Shown: positions 60,899-64,000 of the stretch, piece by piece | How the letters are laid out: each line of letters begins with the position of its first letter | Position numbering within the stretch: position 1 is the stretch's first letter | Assembly: GCA_016188985.1 (NCBI GenBank) | Contig: JACPGM010000018.1 | Location: forward strand, 4,736 to 68,735 | Direction: 5' to 3' | Length of the DNA stretch: 64,000 nt | Source: Lentisphaerota bacterium | GTDB lineage: Bacteria > Verrucomicrobiota > Kiritimatiellia > JAAZAB01 | The notes under the pieces: model-generated | Seen by the model: the letters and a program-made list of their open reading frames with translations, nothing else | Database searches by the model: none | Told to the model about the DNA's origin: nothing | Position numbers and translations under genes: made by a program

Positions 60899-63451
60899 AT
60901 GCAACTTCACAAGCAAGCAGCCAGAGCCGCGCTCGCCACTATGATTGTTTGGGCTGCCACAACTCAGGTGGCGAGTTATGGCCAGGCCCCGGCCGAATCT
61001 GGGCAAACCTATCGGCTCTATGAGGGTATCACGGTCTATATCAATAACCCGGAAGGCCAGGACTTCACGCTCGCATTGGACGTCCGCGACCTTAATCTTC
61101 TGGCTAGCGGCCCCCGCGAGCTGCTCTTCAAAGTCTATGATCCCGACGGCCAGCCGGTGGTGCGCGAAATTATTCCGGATGACGGCTGCGCTTCACCGAA
61201 TTTTCCTGACCGGATCGGCGGCTGGGATCACGAACTGCAGTACTATGCCAATCTGTATGCCAAGGGCACTTTCCCCGCGTTCCGCTGGAGCGCCTGGTCG
61301 GATCCGGCGCGCCTCAACACGCTCGTCAAACGCACGTTCGAGCGGCCGATCAAGGGCGGCAAAAAGGGCGCCTACCGGCTCGTGCTGGCGGGAACGTCCG
61401 ACAATTATGTCACGGTCAGAATCAATCCGGAACTCAAGACCGCCGTCGGCGGGCACCCTAATTTTCTGCATGGGCACGGCGATCAACATAAGAAGAGTTT
61501 CGTCTATGTGCCGAAAGGCACCGTCGGACTTTTCTTTGCTGCGGTGGAGCCCGACCTGCCGCGCGCGCGGCGTTTCAAGATTACCGCGCCGGATGGCAAG
61601 GTGCTGCTCGAGACCGAGGCCAAAGGCGGCTATGCGAGCGTGATTACCAATACCTGGATGGATGCCATTCTTAAGTTTACCCAACCGGGCGAATATGACG
61701 GCAAGCTGCTGACTATGGAGGTGACGTCGGGAACAGGCGATTACCTGGTCAAGCTTATGCTGCAGCAGCCGAAAGAGGGCGCCTTTGCTGATTACGTTGG
61801 GATGGGTTCTACAGTTCTTCTGGCGCCAGATGCCGCCACGGCGCTGGCGCTTAAGGGAGGCACGCTGGAAGCGGATGGTCTGGTGTTCTGGCATCCTTTT
61901 CAGGTTAAGTTTTACAACTGGCTTAAGGCCAACAAGCTTGACGCCACCGACCAGGAAAAGGCGTTGCGCAAGGAGTTGGAACTGGAATTCAATGGCATGC
62001 GGTTGCTGGAGACCAGCGATGGGCGCGGCACGCTCACCTGGGCCAATTGGGCCTATGCCATGGGCTATTACGGCTGCAAGATTTTCCAGCGCGGCTGGCA
62101 GCTCATGCAGCGCGCCGACGTGCCGGCTGAGGCCAAGGCTCTTATCAGGGAAGCCTTGATCATGGCCGGGGATCGGCTGAGCTTCGCCGTGGGCGGCGAG
62201 CGGGTTAATGGCAACGCCTTTGCCCAGATCAATGTGGCGCTCTGGTACAGCCAGCGCGCCACCGGCGATGCGCTGCAGAAGGAAAGGTTTGAAACTTTCT
62301 GGCAGCGTTGGACAACCGATGGCTGGGGGCCGGGAGCGGGCCTGTCGCGTTCCGGCGATGCGCAGGAGCATTTTGCCCACGATTGCCATTATGGCTCATA
62401 CCTAATGGATAATTGGAAAGCGACGGGGAATACCTGGATAACCACCGGCGGCATCCTGGGCGACGCCACCGATGACCCGCGCTTTCAGAAAGTGCTGGAC
62501 CGCTATCAGGAGCTCTACAGCTACCTGTTCTGCCGCGAAGTCAATCAGACACCGGTGGCTGCCAACCCGTGGTCGGCGCGGACGGCGATGTCGCCACATG
62601 CTGGGTCCAGCAACTGGCAGTCCGCTAAACATCCTTGGAAGGGTGAGCCGGGGCCGGATTTCATGGTGAGCGTCAATGGCGGCGACGAATGGTTCGCGGC
62701 TCGCCGCAAGAATTATTATTTGCTTACCTTTCACGGTCGGCTTGCGCCAGAATGGTTGTGCCGGAGCTTCTATGGGCAGTCGGGTTTCGGCGGCGGCATT
62801 ATCTGTCAGCTCACTGTGCCCGGCAAAGGCCCGGTGCTGGCCTCGACCTTGGAAGATTCTTATGGCAAGGAGATGGATCCATCCAACATGCGGAAATTCC
62901 ACATTCATACGCTGGTTGGAGAATTATGGGATGGCCGCCCGCTGATTTCCGCGATCAGCGAGCATGACGATGCCCGGCTTGACGGCAATGTCCTCAGCAG
63001 TTCCGGCGAGGTCCGCGATGGCCATGTGCGGGTGCTGCGCCGTTACACTTATAACGCCGACAGCATTGACTGCGCCGTCAGCTTAGCGGAGTCGGATTAT
63101 GCGCGGGTGCTCTCGATCTGGGCGCCGCAACGCGAGTGGTCGGGCGTCAGGCTGGTGAATGAAATGATTCCGTACCTGCCCAAGGATCCTGCCAGCAAGC
63201 AGGCCACTGCGGTCACGCTGTTCGACGCGAATGCCAAGGACTTGGGCACAGCTACTACCACGCCCGTCCTGGCTAAGAGCATCCGCATTGACCGCGGCGG
63301 GTTCGGGGTAAATATCCAGCTCGACCAGCCCCGTAAGGTTTCGCTGGGCAGCAATGGCACGGTTCTGATTCAGGTGGTGGAACCCGGCGAAAAACCGATA
63401 CTGGCCGACAAGGTTGCTTTGAGCTACCGCCTGGTGCCCTTTGGCAGTTAA
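60899..63451 (+). CDS. Large secreted protein of unknown function
   Basis: Signal peptide AALATMIVWAATTQVASYGQA, GGAGGA RBS, 850 aa. No family recognised by eye. Confidence 0.6.
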   Translation: MQLHKQAARAALATMIVWAATTQVASYGQAPAESGQTYRLYEGITVYINNPEGQDFTLALDVRDLNLLASGPRELLFKVYDPDGQPVVREIIPDDGCASPNFPDRIGGWDHELQYYANLYAKGTFPAFRWSAWSDPARLNTLVKRTFERPIKGGKKGAYRLVLAGTSDNYVTVRINPELKTAVGGHPNFLHGHGDQHKKSFVYVPKGTVGLFFAAVEPDLPRARRFKITAPDGKVLLETEAKGGYASVITNTWMDAILKFTQPGEYDGKLLTMEVTSGTGDYLVKLMLQQPKEGAFADYVGMGSTVLLAPDAATALALKGGTLEADGLVFWHPFQVKFYNWLKANKLDATDQEKALRKELELEFNGMRLLETSDGRGTLTWANWAYAMGYYGCKIFQRGWQLMQRADVPAEAKALIREALIMAGDRLSFAVGGERVNGNAFAQINVALWYSQRATGDALQKERFETFWQRWTTDGWGPGAGLSRSGDAQEHFAHDCHYGSYLMDNWKATGNTWITTGGILGDATDDPRFQKVLDRYQELYSYLFCREVNQTPVAANPWSARTAMSPHAGSSNWQSAKHPWKGEPGPDFMVSVNGGDEWFAARRKNYYLLTFHGRLAPEWLCRSFYGQSGFGGGIICQLTVPGKGPVLASTLEDSYGKEMDPSNMRKFHIHTLVGELWDGRPLISAISEHDDARLDGNVLSSSGEVRDGHVRVLRRYTYNADSIDCAVSLAESDYARVLSIWAPQREWSGVRLVNEMIPYLPKDPASKQATAVTLFDANAKDLGTATTTPVLAKSIRIDRGGFGVNIQLDQPRKVSLGSNGTVLIQVVEPGEKPILADKVALSYRLVPFGS

Positions 63452-63488
63452 GGTGCGCTGCGCATCCCGTATCCCGGGGTTTCACCAC

Positions 63489-63593
63489 GGGCTATGATGT
63501 TGCACCCTTTCAGGGTGCCAGCACCCCAAAGGGGTGCTACATTATAGCCTAGGGTTTTCCTGCCTGCCGGCAGGCAGGTACCCTGGGTTATCA
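63489..63593. repeat. Inverted duplication of the GCACCC..GGGTGC / CATAGCC / CCTGCCTGCCGGCAGGCAGG / CCCTGGG palindrome family between convergent genes
   Basis: GGGCTATGATGTTGCACCCTTTCAGGGTGCCAGCACCCCAAAGGGGTGCTACATTATAGCCTAGGGTTTTCCTGCCTGCCGGCAGGCAGGTACCCTGGGTTATCATG. Related to 25806-25852 and 29652-29702. Confidence 0.8.
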
Positions 63594-64000
63594 TGTTGAC
63601 GGCCGTCCCGGATTAGCCAGGCGCGCGATCACGCGCCCCAGACCGGCGACCACCCGGGTCATGCGCTCATAATCAAGCTGCTCAGGCGTGTCGGTCAGTT
63701 CATGGTAATGCGGATAGCGATAAGGGGCGGTGTCTGTAACCATGATGCCCGGGTAGCCGCACTTCCAGAATGACCAGTGATCGGACCAGCCCACCCCGGG
63801 AACCAATCCCGGCAACGCCGCGCCTTCCGAGGGAAAAGCCGTCTCACGCCGAAATACGCCAATGGCTTTGGCAACCAGTTTGCGGTTGGCCAGATTGCCG
63901 ACAAAGCCGACGAAATTGCCGGTGGCCGGATAGAAAAAGCTGAACGGCCAGGGATATTTTTGGCTTCCTTTTGAATCAAAGTAACAGCCGATCGTTTCCA
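63591..64000 (-). CDS. M28-family peptidase, C-terminal part (gene runs off the window end)
   Basis: Own translation is open from 63998 down to stop 63591: ...YPATGNFVGFVGNLANRKLV...GVGWSDHWSFWKCGYPGIMVTDTAPYRYPHYHELTDT. SDH..F and metal-ligand context are typical of M28 aminopeptidases. The track M at 63815 is only an internal TTG. Confidence 0.75.
   Translation of the reverse strand, partial: ETIGCYFDSKGSQKYPWPFSFFYPATGNFVGFVGNLANRKLVAKAIGVFRRETAFPSEGAALPGLVPGVGWSDHWSFWKCGYPGIMVTDTAPYRYPHYHELTDTPEQLDYERMTRVVAGLGRVIARLANPGRPST

Overview
High-GC (about 60%) bacterial chromosomal window, probably from the PVC superphylum (Verrucomicrobiota-like). The taxon call is an inference from gene content only. 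Left part (1-8.7 kb): class II aldolase and a cell-envelope sugar cluster with two GT4 glycosyltransferases, a Gfo/Idh/MocA oxidoreductase, a DegT aminotransferase and a small beta-barrel outer membrane protein. Centre (8.9-34.2 kb): a 2100-aa secreted SBBP / PQQ-propeller / FN3 / FG-GAP protein, followed by eight prepilin-type (pseudopilin) genes that include a GspH-I-J-K-like minor set. Three toxin-antitoxin-like cassettes interrupt that set. Next comes a five-gene block (lipoprotein-like, PilM-PilN fusion, Amuc_1100-like, PilP-like, secretin) that looks collinear with the Akkermansia Amuc_1102-1098 pilus-like locus. No ATPase, platform protein or prepilin peptidase lies in the window. Right part (34-64 kb): housekeeping genes (5'-3' exonuclease, coaE, rho, tig, clpP, clpX, panD, uvrA, fabF-acpP-fabG, rpoN, tRNA-Asp), a CPBP-protease/Kdo-kinase fusion, a GIY-YIG gene flanked by perfect 24-bp direct repeats, an AGE epimerase, an HpcH aldolase, two large unknown secreted proteins and an M28 peptidase fragment. 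The most unusual signal is non-genic. Nearly every intergenic gap carries 7-nt-periodic low-complexity arrays whose unit sequence differs between loci. These arrays start 1-25 nt after stop codons and occur as inverted pairs. They bracket the TA cassettes, run in frame through the leader peptides of all eight pilin-like ORFs and recur inside the secretin gene. Several other palindromic repeat families are also present. All product calls come from motif recognition by eye; no searches were run.
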